Shown here piece after piece: positions 30,223 to 47,812 of a DNA stretch of 64,000 nucleotides. This DNA is from Eledone cirrhosa. Its lineage: Eukaryota. The position numbers and the translations under genes were made by a program. Positions within the stretch are counted from its first letter, which is position 1; every line of letters begins with the position of its first letter. The notes under the pieces are model-generated. The model was not told the DNA's origin, made no database searches, and saw only the letters and a program-made list of their open reading frames with translations. The stretch lies in NCBI GenBank assembly GCA_964016885.1, contig OZ024740.1:149916001-149980000 (forward strand), given 5' to 3'.

Positions 30223-31412
30223 GTGTGTGTGTGTATGTGAATGTGTCTGTTGACACCTGCAATCTAGCTTAAGAGAAACATGACAATAATGATATGTCAG
30301 GCACCCAATATAGATTTATAGAATTCTCTTGACCTTTGTCACTCTAAGTAGAGCTTTAAAGAATTAGCTTTTAAAGAATTTCCCTTTTCTTTAAATCCAT
30401 CAACCATGACCGACCCCCAACCATCTTATAGACACCTGAAATATAGGCATTGTTAGCTTAAGTGAAACTTAAAAATAAGGCGTGCCACCCCAATTTGAAC
30501 TTGTTTATAGAATTATTTCTGCTTTTGTCACTCTAAATATAAATTATAGCCTTAAACAATTAGCTTTTAATGAATTCCATTTTCTTTCAACCAATGACCT
30601 CCACCCATCCCACTCCCCATCCTCTCCTACCACCTGAAAAGATATAAATAGCACAACATTTATTTTGGAAAGCCAGATTCCTGATGATTTCTAAAGAATG
30701 AAACAGTTCTAGTCCTGTAGAATCTCATCTATATTAAAACTATATATATATATATATATACATCTCTGTCGTTCGCCACCCCCACCGATACTCCCCCACT
30801 CTCCATATTCGTGACCGCATGCGCGCATGCACATACATGTGTGTACATATACATATGGCTGTGTATGAGCGTGTGTCGATATGTGTGGGCAAGGATGTGC
30901 GTATGTGTTTTGTGTTGTGTGCGTTTATACAACAATATATGTGCACATATATACATATATGTGTGTGCGTATACGTATATACAAAGTATCTGTCAGACGA
31001 AGAGCGTCTAGCTATGTATCTTTGTAAGGACCTTGACGCCACCAATACATCCATCACACCACCACAAACGCCGCTACCATAGACAACGGCACCAATACCA
31101 CACCCCCACACACACGCCAACCCGTCTACTGACAATCCACTAACCTCATACCACAGCCCATCCCACTAAGCAACCATAACCACCACCATATCAGCACATC
31201 CACCCCCACATACTCTACACGCCAAGGCCAACCCACCACCACCACCACACCACAGTCCATCTCATCCACCGACCGTCACCAACATCTCACCATCACACCC
31301 ACCCCCATATCCTTGATCCTTCCCACCAATCAAAACAACTCATTTTGTCAAACTCTTGAATCTCTGACTTTACCACATAGTATGTATTTCATTTTCTTAT
31401 AGCATTTTAAGA

Positions 31413-31499
31413 GGGTCCGTCGAGCTGCCGATTATTGAGTCGGGTAGGATCGATATAGATCGAACATTGAGCTGATCAGTGGCGAAACGCGCGTCACCT
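31413..31499 (+). ncRNA. Degenerate hammerhead in a PLE-like tail (30760-31545)
   Basis: GGGT-CCGTCGA-GCTGCCGATTA...TGATCAGTGGC-GAAA-CGCGCG-TC-ACCT then AATAAA; two core substitutions. Confidence 0.55.
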
Positions 31500-31639
31500 A
31501 TCAATAAATGTAATGAAGGAATAATCAATCGTCCTTTTTATCCTTTCTCTCTCTATATATATATATAAAGAAAAAAAGATGAAATCGAAAATGCAACTGG
31601 AGTCTTATTTAAAATAATATATATATATTTATTTGGTTT

Positions 31640-31675
31640 CTTTACCGGTTTCGCAGTTCTTCTGCTTTTCAAAAG
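31640..31675 (-). ncRNA. Minimal hammerhead, U3-A8 core (mirror copy 37146-37181, plus strand)
   Basis: CTT-TTGAAAA-GCAG-AAGAA-CTGC-GAAA-CCGG-TA-AAG; mirror copy has TTGTAAA. Confidence 0.7.
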
Positions 31676-32508
31676 TAGAGTTGAAATGGAGGGTCTGTGG
31701 TTTTTCTCACATCTGGTTGGTCTCTGAATGTTACTTGTTTTATATGGAAAAAAGTGGCTCGAAATGCCAGGTTTTTCGAGAAGTAATTTGATTGGTTGGT
31801 CAATAATTATAATAAATTTCGCGCCAGTTCGCGTTACAAAGTTCTTCAAACAAGGGGGCGGGGGAGGTGTCACAGGTTGTTTTTTCATATATGAGTGTTT
31901 GAATTTCTTTTTACTTAAAAAAAAGGTGGCTCACGAAGGCTTTTTTTTTAAATAAACGTAATTTGATTGGTTATAAATGAAGTTATGGCTGTCTCGTGAA
32001 CAAGTTTTCACAAAATTTTCGCGCCCTTATTTGGAAATCTATTCTGTAGCATTTTTAGAGAATTTTATGACAAGCAAAAGATAATGGTCAAAAGAAATTG
32101 GATGGGAGAATTGTTCTGGTTCAGTGAATATGGTTAGTTCGCTGGGGTGTCAGAATTCAGATTTTCTATTGAAGTAAAGAAAGTAAAGATGTGTATGTTT
32201 ATTTTTGGGGTTGTGTGTGTGTGTGCATGTGTATTGGAAGATGATTCTATTAGTAGAAATGGGGGAGGGAGTTCTGTGTTTGTGTGTATATGGGTGTTAT
32301 GTGTGTGTGTGTGGAGGGGGGGGGAGTATGTTAAGATGGAGAGAATATATATATTTTGTGTGTGTGTATATATGTGTGTAGGAAAGTGATTCTATTAGTA
32401 GAAATCTGGGAGGGAGTTGTGTGTGGGGTGGGTGTTGTTATGTGTGTGTATGGGTGTAATGTGTGTAGGAGTATGGTTAGCATGTTAAGATGAAGAGAAT
32501 ATATATAT

Positions 32509-32574
<66 letters not shown>

Positions 32575-35466
32575 TGTGTAGGAAAATGATTCCTTTAGTA
32601 GGAATATTTTTGAATGAACATATTTTCCTTACTTATTCGTATTTTAACTAAACTAATCGAAACCATTGAAACAGAAATGCTCCAAAAGCTGGAACAACCA
32701 TTAGAACCCAATCTACGAGATGTCCACTCAGTGAAAAACACCCTAATCAACATATGGACTCAAAAGCTCACGCCCGCAAATTCGCCCTTTGGAATCTCCT
32801 AAAAAATAATGGCAAGGCAGACATATATGAAAAGTGGCTAAACTCTACCCCAATCAACCTCCCCAAAAAACTCCAAATAAAACCCATCCCGAATGAACCA
32901 AAAAACCAACAAAGACTTAGGGAAAAGATGGCGTTAGAAACATTTTAAATAGAAATAGAACTGTTGCGATTAAGAGCCAACTCCAACGAAGAAAAATTCA
33001 AGTCACTCGACCAACAGATGGACACAGAAATCTCAAAGCACTCTGAAGGCCTACTCTACGAAAAAACCTTAAAACTTTGGAAAGAAAACTGTGGGGATGA
33101 AGAACTAACATCCCTCCAGCGATGGGAAAAAAACGTCACCTGGTTCAACAACTACGAAATAGACTTCAAAAATGAACAACATACAGGTAACCCATTTTTA
33201 AAACAAACTAAAACTCACACACCACATGCACAACAAATAGCAAAAAAGTAACAAAACATGCACAACAAATAACAAAAAAGTAACAAAACGTCCAACATAC
33301 CCCAGCAAAACTATAACGATAATCCTAAACCCAAACCCAATACGATTCGAAGGGAATGGGAGATTATCCATGAACTAAAAAACAATACGGACATTATAAT
33401 TAAGGAAGCGGACAAAGGAAGTACTGTTGTCATTATGGAGGCTGAAAAATATAAAAATTCTATGTTCTCTCTCTTACAAAATACTAATTACTATGAAAGA
33501 GTAAAAAACTACCAGCAATCAAAAACAATGACCAGATTAAACACACTGATTTATCGATACCAGGAAGACCTAACTAAAAAGGAATGCGATTATTTAACAC
33601 ATTTTGAATACAAAACCAGCAACCTTTACGGACTTCCGAAGATCCACAAGTGTAAAATAATTAACGATGCCTGTAAACAATCCACCTCAGCCTGCGTGAA
33701 CACACAATACCCCACAGACCTTAAATTAAGACCAATTGTAGTGGGCCCACAATGTGAAACACACAGACTGAGCAACTTTATAGACATACTACTAAAACCA
33801 ATTCTCAAACACATACCAAGCCTTGTAAGAGACGATCTGGACCTCTTAAACCACCTCCCCAAACATGTCAACAACGACACTATTATTGTGTGTTTCGATG
33901 TAGTGAATCTCTACACAACGATCCCACACCAATACGGACTAGAAGCAATAGGATTGTGGCTAGAGAAATATCCCAATGAGATACCTGACAGAATAGAAAA
34001 AAGCTTCATCACCGAGGGATTAAAATTCATCTTACAGAACAACTTTTTTTTATTTCGATGGCAGTACTTACAAGCAAATATCGGGGACTGCGATAGGTAC
34101 AAAAGCCGCTCCAACTTATGCCAACTTAGTCATGGCATACTTAGAAGTCCAGATATATGAACAGTCCAAATCAAAATACTGATTGAACTTCCACAAATAT
34201 TTATCAGAGAATTGGAAACGCTACTTGGATGATTGTCTCATTCTTTGGTCCCACACACTCGACCAACTGAAGGATTTCAAAAACTTAATAAACTGCATCA
34301 ATAACCACATCCAATTCACAATGGAATACAGCCAAGATCAACTCCCATTTCTGGACATCTTAATCTTTAAAAAAGACACAAATATTGAAACTGACATACA
34401 CTACAAACCAACAGATTCCAAACAATACCTGCTATTCACCTCCAACCATCCAAAGCACACGAAGACGAACATTCCTTTTAACCTAGCAAGAAGAATTTGC
34501 ACAATTGTCTCCAATTATGAAACGCGAAATAAAAGACTTCAAGAATTAAAGGAAATTCTACTCGAAAGAGAGTACCCTACATTACTAATAAATAATGGAA
34601 TAGAAAGGGCTAAAGCAATAGGCATTGATGAATTACCAAAACAGAAACAAATTCAAGGTACGTCCAATATTCTATCATATATCTCAACACACAACCCAAG
34701 AAATGCGGAAGCTTACAATACTATTCACAAGAACATCCCACTACTAAAATAAAACCCAAGAATGAAACACACAAAATAATCAAAAGCAAAAGACAACCGA
34801 AATCACTGAAAACATTACTCACCAATGCCAAATTACCTACCACAAACCCACAACCAACTGTCAAAAAATGTGGTCGCTCTAATTGTGGAACCTGCACTCA
34901 CCTCATTGAAGGAAACACGTATACATTTAAATCAGGACAAAATTTTACTGTAAAAAATCACTTCACTTGCTCATCAAAAAATCTACTTTATGCCATTAAA
35001 TGTAAAGGATGCAATGAAGATTATATAGGACAAACTAAACTCACACTCAGAAACAGAATGACAGTTCATCGCCAACAATTACGAGATCCAACCACGAGAC
35101 AGATACCACTAAGCGCACATCTAGACATATGCGCAAGTAATAAGACACCCAAATTCCAAGTCATCCCATTTTACCTTTGCGCTAACAATACAACAGAACA
35201 AATACGAATAAATAAGGAAAATATGTTTATTCAAAAATATAGAGCAGCATTAAATATGGTTTAATATACATTATGTCAACACCATAACATGGTAACCATC
35301 CAATTAGACACATACACACACACATAACACCTTCTACTTTAGAAAATAAAAACCCGAACTAAATAAACGTTAACATACGTTTGCACTGACAATACAACAG
35401 AACAAATACGAATAAGTAAGAAAAATATTTTCATTCAAAAATATTCCTACTAAAGGAATCATTTTC

Positions 35467-35501
<35 letters not shown>

Positions 35502-35773
35502 ATATATATATTCTCTTCATCTTAACATGCTAACCATACTCCCACGCAGATAACACCCATACACACACATAACCCCCCCCCCCCCACACACACACAACTC
35601 TCTCCCCGATTTCTACTAATATAATCACTTTCCTACACACATATATACACACACATAAAATATATATATTCTCTCCATCTTAACATACTCCCCCCCCCCC
35701 CACACACAACACCCATATACACACACACACAATTCCCTCCCCCATTTCTACTAATAGAATCATCTTCCAATAC

Positions 35774-35847
<74 letters not shown>

Positions 35848-35849
35848 GC

Positions 35850-36244
35850 ACACAAATAAACATACACATCTTTACTTTCTTTACTTCAATAGAAAATCTG
35901 AATTCTGACACCCCAGCGAACTAACCATATTCACTGAACCAGAACAATTCTCCCATCCAATTTCTCTTGACCATTATCTTTTACGGGGTCGATAAAATAA
36001 AGTACCAGTAATGCACTGAGTATTTGCTGGCCTTGTGCCTAAAGTAGAAACAATTATCTTTTGCTTGTCAAAAAATTCTCTAAAAAGGCTACAGAATAGA
36101 TTTCCAAATAAGGGCGCGAAAATTTAATGAAAACATGTTCACGTGACAGCCATAATTTCATTTATAACCAATCAAATTACGTTTATTAAAAAAATCCTTC
36201 GTGTGTCCCCCCCCCTTTTTAAGTAAAAAGAAATTCAAACACAC

Positions 36245-36290
<46 letters not shown>

Positions 36291-36940
36291 CACAAATAAA
36301 CATACTTTACTTTCTTTATTCAATAGAAAATCTGAATTCTGACACCCCAGCGAACTAACCATACTCACTGAACCAGAACACATCTCCCATCCAATTTCTC
36401 TTGACCATTATCTTTTGCTTGTCATAAAATTCTCTAAAAAGGCTACAGAATAGATTTCCAAATAAGGGCGCTAAAATTTAATGAAAACTTGTTCACGTGA
36501 CAGCCATAATTTCATTTTTAACCAATCAAATTACGTTTATTAAAAAAAAGCCTTCGTTATCCCCCCTTTTTTTAAGTAAAAAGAAATTCAAACACACACA
36601 CACACACAACACACAACACACACACACAAGCATACACATAAACATACACATCTTTACTTTCTTTATTCAATAGAAAATCTGAATTCTGATACCCCAGCGA
36701 ACTAACCATATACACTGAACCAGAACAATTCTCCCATCCAATTTCTCTTGACCATTATCTTTTACTTGTCATGAAATTCTCTAAAAAAACTACAGAATAG
36801 ATTTCCAAATAAGAGCGCGAAAATTTAATGAAAACTTGTTCACGTGACAGCCATAATTTCATTTATAACCAATCAAATTACGTTTATTAAAAAAAAGCCT
36901 TCGTGAGCCCCCTTTTTTTTAAGTAAAAAGAAATTCAAAC
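35850..36940 (+). repeat. Three tandem ~300-bp units separated by (CA)n; SINE 3' fragment at 35983-36052 in unit 1
   Basis: caatagaaaatctgaattctga...aagaaattcaaacac three times; TSD attatctttt around the SINE piece. Confidence 0.9.
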
Positions 36941-37297
36941 ACTCATATATGAAAAAACAACCTGTGACCCCCCCCCCCCATGTTTGTAACGCGAACTGGC
37001 GCGAAATTTATTATAATTATTAACCAACCAATCAAATTACTTCTCGAAAAACTTGGCATTTCGAGCCACTTTTTCATATAAAACAAGTAACATTCAGAGA
37101 CCAACCAGATGTGAGAAAAACCACAGACTCTCCATCTCAAATCTACTTTTGTAAAGCAGAAGAACTGCGAAACCGGTAAAGGAACCAAATAAATATATAT
37201 ATCTTTTAAAAATAAGACTCCAGTTGCATTTTCGATTTCATCTTTTTTTCTTTATACTTTCACTCGGTTACTTTTCATTTTGTAAAAACACCCTCAC

Positions 37298-40823
<3,526 letters not shown>

Positions 40824-40979
40824 ATATAACTGCTCTGTAGAACAACTGATGTTATTACATTGAGCTATTTATCTTACTGGTAATAAGGTAGTAATTAATT
40901 ACTGACCTTCACTGTTTAGGGTTTAAAATATACATAACTATAAAAAGTTTTAGTATATACATAACCATAAATAGTATCC

Positions 40980-41012
<33 letters not shown>

Positions 41013-41020
41013 CGATATTA

Positions 41021-41385
41021 ACGATATTAAATAAATGGAAACTATATTTATAAAACCATATTTATTTCATTATATATATTTCAGGGATATCATATTAACA
41101 ATATGCTATGCCTTCCTCAGACAAAATACAATATAGACAGTTTTATAGATAAATAGATTTGACATACTGTTCAACATCGACTTGTATTTGAAAAGTTGAT
41201 GCCAAATCAACTTTTCAAATACAAGTCGATGTTGAACGGTATGTCAAATCTATTTATCTATAAAACTGTCTATATTGTATTTTGTCTGAGGAAGGCATAG
41301 CATATTGTTAATATGATATCCCTGAAATATATATAATGAAATAAATATGGTTTTATAAATATAGTTTCCATTTATTTAATATCGT
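41021..41385. mobile_element. Near-perfect palindrome (180-bp arms, 5-nt loop) with two identical hammerheads
   Basis: Centre 41203; one mismatch seen; tail 41386-41476; between (TA)n runs. Confidence 0.95.
41281..41340 (+). ncRNA. Type I hammerhead (mirror copy 41066-41125, minus strand)
   Basis: TTTGT-CTGAGGA-AGG..CATATT-GTT-AATATG..CCT-GAAA-TATATA-TA-ATGAA then AATAAA. Confidence 0.8.
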
Positions 41386-41472
41386 AAATATACTCCAAAT
41401 ACTTGTTGAGTACTTTTATATCAGTTATAAATATTTACTAGTTGTAACCCAACAATTTAAATATAACTTTCC

Positions 41473-41566
<94 letters not shown>

Positions 41567-42029
41567 CTATAATAATTTGCTTAAAGACTTGAGGGATATG
41601 TAGTAAACATTGCGTTATAGAAGGCTATAACAATGCAGTTCGACTATAAATATCAATAATATCAATAAAAAGTTATTGATATGCTAATTAGAGCTTATAT
41701 TTTGGACAAAATATCCCTTTTCGAATGAGCTAAGAAAACAATACAGTGAGGAGAGAGTGTGTGTATGTGAAAGAGTGAATGACAGAAATTAAAAGCATGT
41801 GGGTTATATTTAAAAGTCCACGTGTAGATGTAGAATTTAGCTTTACTGAAATGTATTATTGGCTATCAGTGTCAATAGGTTTGACCTGTGGGTGGCAAGG
41901 TACTAGTTCAAGCATTATGTTGGATGATGATCATAAGTACTGACTATCTATAACACCCACTGCGCCTTATTCAATTTTTGTCGGTTGTTGAAGGTTGTTG
42001 TATGAGCATGTGTGTGTATGTTTGTTTGT

Positions 42030-42280
42030 GTGCATGTTTTCATCAAGATGGCTTCTTTAATCCATGTGTTATGGTATGTGGCTTTAATGGTGGGTTCAGG
42101 GTCCTTGTTCATGTCCCTACAGTTTTCAAGATGATTTATTTTGACGATGTGAGTAGAGGAGATAGTCCTTCATTCTGCTGTCTAATGGAAGATCATGCAG
42201 CCGATATAACATTCGCCCCATTTGGTGCAATAGATCTCATATACGACGTACGTTCGCAAGCACTTCATTGTTGTAAATAG
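42030..42280 (-). mobile_element. Degenerate GIY-YIG 3' fragment of a PLE
   Basis: Minus strand translates CLRTYVVYEIYCTKWGECYIGC. Confidence 0.55.
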
Positions 42281-42307
42281 TGTGTATAAATAAATATATA
42301 TATAAAT

Positions 42308-42774
42308 TTATAAATCATAGCAATAAGAGAAGGTACATAATGAATTATGTCAGATAATAGGGGATAAAATTCTACCCTGGCAAAACACATAAAAACTACG
42401 GATGGAGCGATATAAATAAATTAATAAAATAAATACCTCCACTATAACGATATACACCTGGACATAATATATACGTTATATATACACATATATTGGCATA
42501 ATATATACAACACATACATACATATACATTTATGTATGTATGTATATATATGTGTGTTGTATATATTATGCCAATATATGTTTATATATATATAACGTAT
42601 ATCTTATGTCCAGGTGTATATCGTTATAGTGGAGGTAAGTACACTCTGATTATTTTATTAATTTGTATTTACCGCTTCATCCGTAGTTTTTATGTGTTTT
42701 ACCAGGGTAGAATTTCATCCCCTATTATCTGACATAATTTATTATGTATCTTCTCTCATTGCTATGATTTATAA
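42308..42774. repeat. Imperfect ~465-bp palindrome
   Basis: ttataaatcatagcaat...cctccactataacgatatacacctggacata inverted around ~42530. Confidence 0.85.
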
Positions 42775-42852
42775 TGAGCTCAGTCTCTTTTCTTTGAGCT
42801 CCCTTGATCATAGAGGACTTATTGTGAGTTTCTAACTCTATATTATAATTTG

Positions 42853-42922
<70 letters not shown>

Positions 42923-43299
42923 AGGAATTGGTAGTTAACTTGAAGCATTGTATAGTGAGGTATAAACGTTTGAAGTTAGAAGGCCAGAACAATGCAGGTT
43001 TGGATATAGAATATAAGTGTAAAAGATAGCACTGACAATTAGTATTTTACCTTAATTGATTTAGATATCATGATATTTCGAGATAATATCTCTTCGTCTG
43101 AGGAAAGTATTCGAAGTGGGTTGCAATTATTATTAATTCTTTTTAATTGTAACACTCAACATTTGACAAGAAATACATCGAAACTGGTAATACTTTAGAT
43201 ACTGTATATACTTTATATACATTATAAAGCTCTTTTTTAAAAGAATAGTACCTCTCATTTGTTCAATAATGTCACTTTGCCGAATCAAAGAAAGGGAAA

Positions 43300-43517
<218 letters not shown>

Positions 43518-43529
43518 ATATATATATAT

Positions 43530-46500
43530 ATATGAATAAAGTTAGTCCTTCATCACTGATCTTCCAACCATCATTGGTATTTCATCACTTTAAAGACCAT
43601 ATACCTCCGGTTGGTGCGAGCAACGGCTAAAGAAAGTCGTTGGGACACGTAAATAAGGGGAACGAGCGAGACTGTAAACAAACAAAGATAGTAATGCAAC
43701 GAAAAGTGAGGAAGAAAGAGTCAAGTCCCAGATTTCCATGAATATAAGTTCGGTGAAATCGTGAACGAGAGAGAAAAAAGACCATCAAACCTAGTCGAAA
43801 TGTGAGCAAGGAAGGAATTCCGCACAGGTCAAACGGGAGGAAGAAGGAGTCTAGTCCCTGAATTCGGTGAACATAAGTTCTGTGAAATCGTAGACAAAAG
43901 AGAAAAAAGGAACAACCAGCCTGGTCAAGCGTGTGCGAGAAAAGAATTACGCACAGGTCAAACGGGAGGAAGTAGGAGAGGTAGTAGCAGAGAGTGAAGG
44001 GTGCCAACAACTTCCAGGCGTCTAACAATGGCATACCACCCTTGTATGGGCTCCGCAAAGACCACAAGACAGTCGACGACCCGACAACAGGACCACCAAC
44101 AAGACGCGTATGCGGAGCAAATATAGCTAGCAACTACAGGATCTCCTACTTCCTCTCAATGGTTATGCGCCCCATAATCAAGATGTCCCAGATGTATGTG
44201 ACAGTACAGAGGACCTCCTCAGCTGAATCAGTGAGTGCAACAAAAACAAGAACCTATCCAACTGCATAATAGGCAGCATGGATGTGGTATCACTGTACCC
44301 ATCCATTAACATTGATTTTGCTGTGGAAAAATGTGTGGAGATGATCATTGAGAGTGAGGTGGAGTTCTGCAACATCGACACAGACGAACCGGGCCTCCTA
44401 CTTAGACTTACCTACGACACTGACTACCTAGACAGCCATGACCTTAGAGGTTTCTGCCCCAGTAGACCCATAAGAGGGAGACCCCCACTATAACCTCAAT
44501 GGCTAAAAAGACTCCCATGGGAAGGTGGATTGGGTGGACCAAAGCTATACGGACCCCCCAAAACAATGATCAGGTAAGAAAAATGGTCGCACATGCAATA
44601 GGGGCTAGTATAAAAACTACCCTAAAGGGCCACATATTCAAGTTCAACGAGAAGATCTACACCCAAAATGAGGGAGCAGCCATTGGCGTCAGCATTGCTG
44701 GTGATGTTGCCAACCTTTTTATGGTATGGTGGGAAAGGAGACTTAAAGATCTCCTTAATGAGAGCTCCATAGACCTCATCATGTACTCTCGTTACGTAGA
44801 CGATATCAATATAGTTATAAGAACAACCCCCCAGAGAGCACTAACAAGTTTGATTTAGAACGTAGCACAATGGAAAGCATCCAGCAGATAGCTAATTCCA
44901 TACACCAGAGTATAACTGTAACTATCGACTACCCTTCCAAACACCCTAACAATAGACTACCTGTATTAGACACGGAACTCTGGATTCACACTATAGACGA
45001 GAGAGCCCAAATTCTCCACTCACACTATGCTAAACCTATGGCCTCCAAATACCTGATACTCAAAAACTCAGCAATGTCCAGTAGTGCTAAGTTTAATATT
45101 CTGATCGCAGATTTGGTACGAGTGATGAAGAATGTGTCTCGCATGTGCGACCCAACAGAAATGGAAAGACACATCCAACACTTTATCAACCGCATGCAGT
45201 TCTCTGGCTACAACCAAAGAGACAGAGTCAGAGTATACGAAGGAGCCATGGAGAAGTATAAGACCCTCATAGAACTGGACATGAAAGGAATTTTCCCATT
45301 ATACAGGAGCATATCATGGAATAGCTTAGATAGGGCTAGACATAAGATAGGGAAAGTCACCTCATGGTACGACAACCAGAGATACCAGAGTGTCATGTTT
45401 GTGGACGCTACCCCTGGAGGGAAATTAGCTAACCAGTTTAGAAAGGCCCTGAGAAAGACCCACTTAAAGATTAAGGTGGTAGAAAAGCCAGGAACCACCA
45501 TAAAATCCCTGATCAGCAAAACCTACCCTTTTAAGAAAACCCACTGTACTAATAGGAAATGTATCATATGTAAGGTAAACCCTCGGTTAAACTGTAAAAC
45601 TAGAAACGTAGTCTATAGCATAAGATGTACAGAGGGTACTTGCAGAAACATGACAACAACATACATAGGCGAGACAGCTCGTAGCATAAGTGAAAGGATA
45701 GACCAACACTGGGGGGAACTAAAAGGACGAAAAAACGGTTCAGTACTATACGAACATGCCAGACAACAACACGACGGTAACATAGACAACATAGAAATTA
45801 GAATAATATCTAAACATAGAAATGACCCAGCAGATAGGCAAATCAGAGAGGCCAGTGAAATAGAACTTAGAAGGCCAAGGCTAAACAGAAAGAATGAATG
45901 GAATAACAACAACGCCCAAACAAACAACACTGACCTAAGAGAAGTATAAATAAATAAATAGATAAATAAATAAATAAATACATACACAAGCACAATAGCA
46001 ACAAACACATATAAACACACACTAGTAAAGATAGAATACATTAACCAATACACAGTCACCCAATCACGAACACACATCAAACAAAACACTATACACATAC
46101 GCAAACGCATGCGCAAAGAAGACAAAATAAAATAAACAAATAAATAAATATATAAACAGACTAAATAAAGATGGCGTAGAAAATACAATGCAACGGGAGG
46201 AAACAATAGCACCATGACGATGTAGCAGATGTGCAACGAAAGAACTTTGATAAACTATATATATGTGTTTGTGTCTATATTGTATCTGTATTTTTGACCG
46301 TTAGTCAGTCAATGGCAACATTGAGGACCGAATAAATTAGATTACCGATATAAAAGACACAGAAGCGAAAAGCGAAAACCAACCAAACAGTGAGTGTGTT
46401 CTGTTATTAATTCTGTCAATATTACACAAATATGACCCTCCCCAAGTATAACAATATTTGTTTCGACACACGATTTCATATCAAAAACCTCGCAAAACTA
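43530..46500 (+). mobile_element. PLE of a third lineage, frameshifted
   Basis: LYGLRKDHK, MDVVSLYPSI, QNEGAAIG, RYVDD, LPVLD, HYAKPMAS, CTNRKCIIC, VVY..YIGETAR, R..REA; degenerate HHR at 46210-46252. Confidence 0.9.
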
Positions 46501-46544
46501 TATATATTTATATATATATATATATCGAGAGTGAGAGAGAGAGG

Positions 46545-47750
46545 ATGATACATACATCAGGCATGATGGCTGCCTCCTCATTATCGAGTATGGCCATTGC
46601 ACGATATAACATTATTAATTGTTTCTACTTTAGGCACAAGGCCAGCAATTACCCAGTGCATTACTGGTACTTTATTTTATCGACCCCGTAAGGATGAAAG
46701 GCAAAGTGAACCTCGGCGGGATTTGCTATCATGCAATGCGTGAAGTGAAGTGAGGAAAGACTGTGCATTGAGCCAATCCCACTCTCTGAACGACAGTAGC
46801 TATAACCCGAAAGGAAGAGATCAACAGCATCGGTATCTACTTAGCCGCAGGTTTTATGTCGGAGTTATCTTAGTTTCCTGAGTTGCCTTCTTCCTAGACG
46901 AATGCCCTGGCAAGGGCTAGGGGTCCTCCACTCCCAGTGGTTTAAACGCGCGATCGGCTATCCATCCCGATTATTTCCCCGCGCATATGTCCCCGCGCAT
47001 ATATATACACATGCATACATGTATATACATATATACACATGCATACATGTATATACATATATACACATTTTTGGATGGCCGTTGCCTCTTATGAATTCTT
47101 CCGCCCTTTGTGAGGTTTTGTCTTTTGTCCTGCAGGGTGTCCAAAATCACCCTCCTCACCAAATAAACTTGGTGGGGTTGCCGGTTTAGTCGCCGACAAC
47201 CCGACCATGGGACAGGTTCTACTGGGTTACATGTTACCAGTAGCATGCGTACATGCATACATACATACATACATACATACATACATACATACATACATAC
47301 ATACATACATACATACATACATACATACATACATACATGGTGGCTGCCAACTCGTTTTTGAGTACGGCCACTACTTTATATCCATGCAGGAGAACCCCTA
47401 CCGATGCGCTGAACGAGTGTGACTTTTTAGTCCAGCCAGCGACTTCAAAACTCTGGTACAAACACTACACCTGTGACAATTATTGACACATAGTGCGGGA
47501 CCCATGGTACCATGTGATGACAAGTGCAGAGAGATCTCCAGATATAAAGCAATGCCTGTGTCGTGAAGCTTTTATAGTGAGCAAAGGCACTGCACAAAGC
47601 CAGTCCCACTCTCTTAACCAAGATGATATTTACCAAAAAGAAGAACAAGTCAACATCATTGGATACCATCAAGGTTGCAGGTGTTATATCAGAGTTTTCC
47701 TTCTCCTAGAATTCTGCCTTGACAAAGGCTAAGGGGTCATCTAACCTGTC
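46545..47750 (-). mobile_element. Cluster of short RTE-derived pieces (5' UTR and 3' ends), a SINE fragment and (ATAC)n
   Basis: 46560-46602 matches the RTE end at 24995-25035; minus-strand ggagaaggaaaactctga and ggcagccaccatgtatg; SINE 3' half at 46615-46725; 47070-47245 recurs at 54720-54897. Confidence 0.6.
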
Positions 47751-47812
47751 ACATACATACATACATACATACATACATACATACATACATACATACATAC
47801 ATACATACATAC

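Larger units (their letters stand above)
31566..37256 (+). mobile_element. Neptune-like PLE with ~1-kb inverted copy of its 3' region at the 5' end
   Basis: 31566-32618 inverted to 35430-37256; broken ORF 32614-35264 with KEADKG, LYGLPKIHK, LRPIV, FDVVNLYT, RYLDD, LPFLD, CGRSNCGTC, YIGQT. Confidence 0.9.

Noticed and set aside
35850-36940. CRISPR-like repeat array
   Set aside because: ~300-bp units separated by (CA)n, no unique spacers, eukaryotic context
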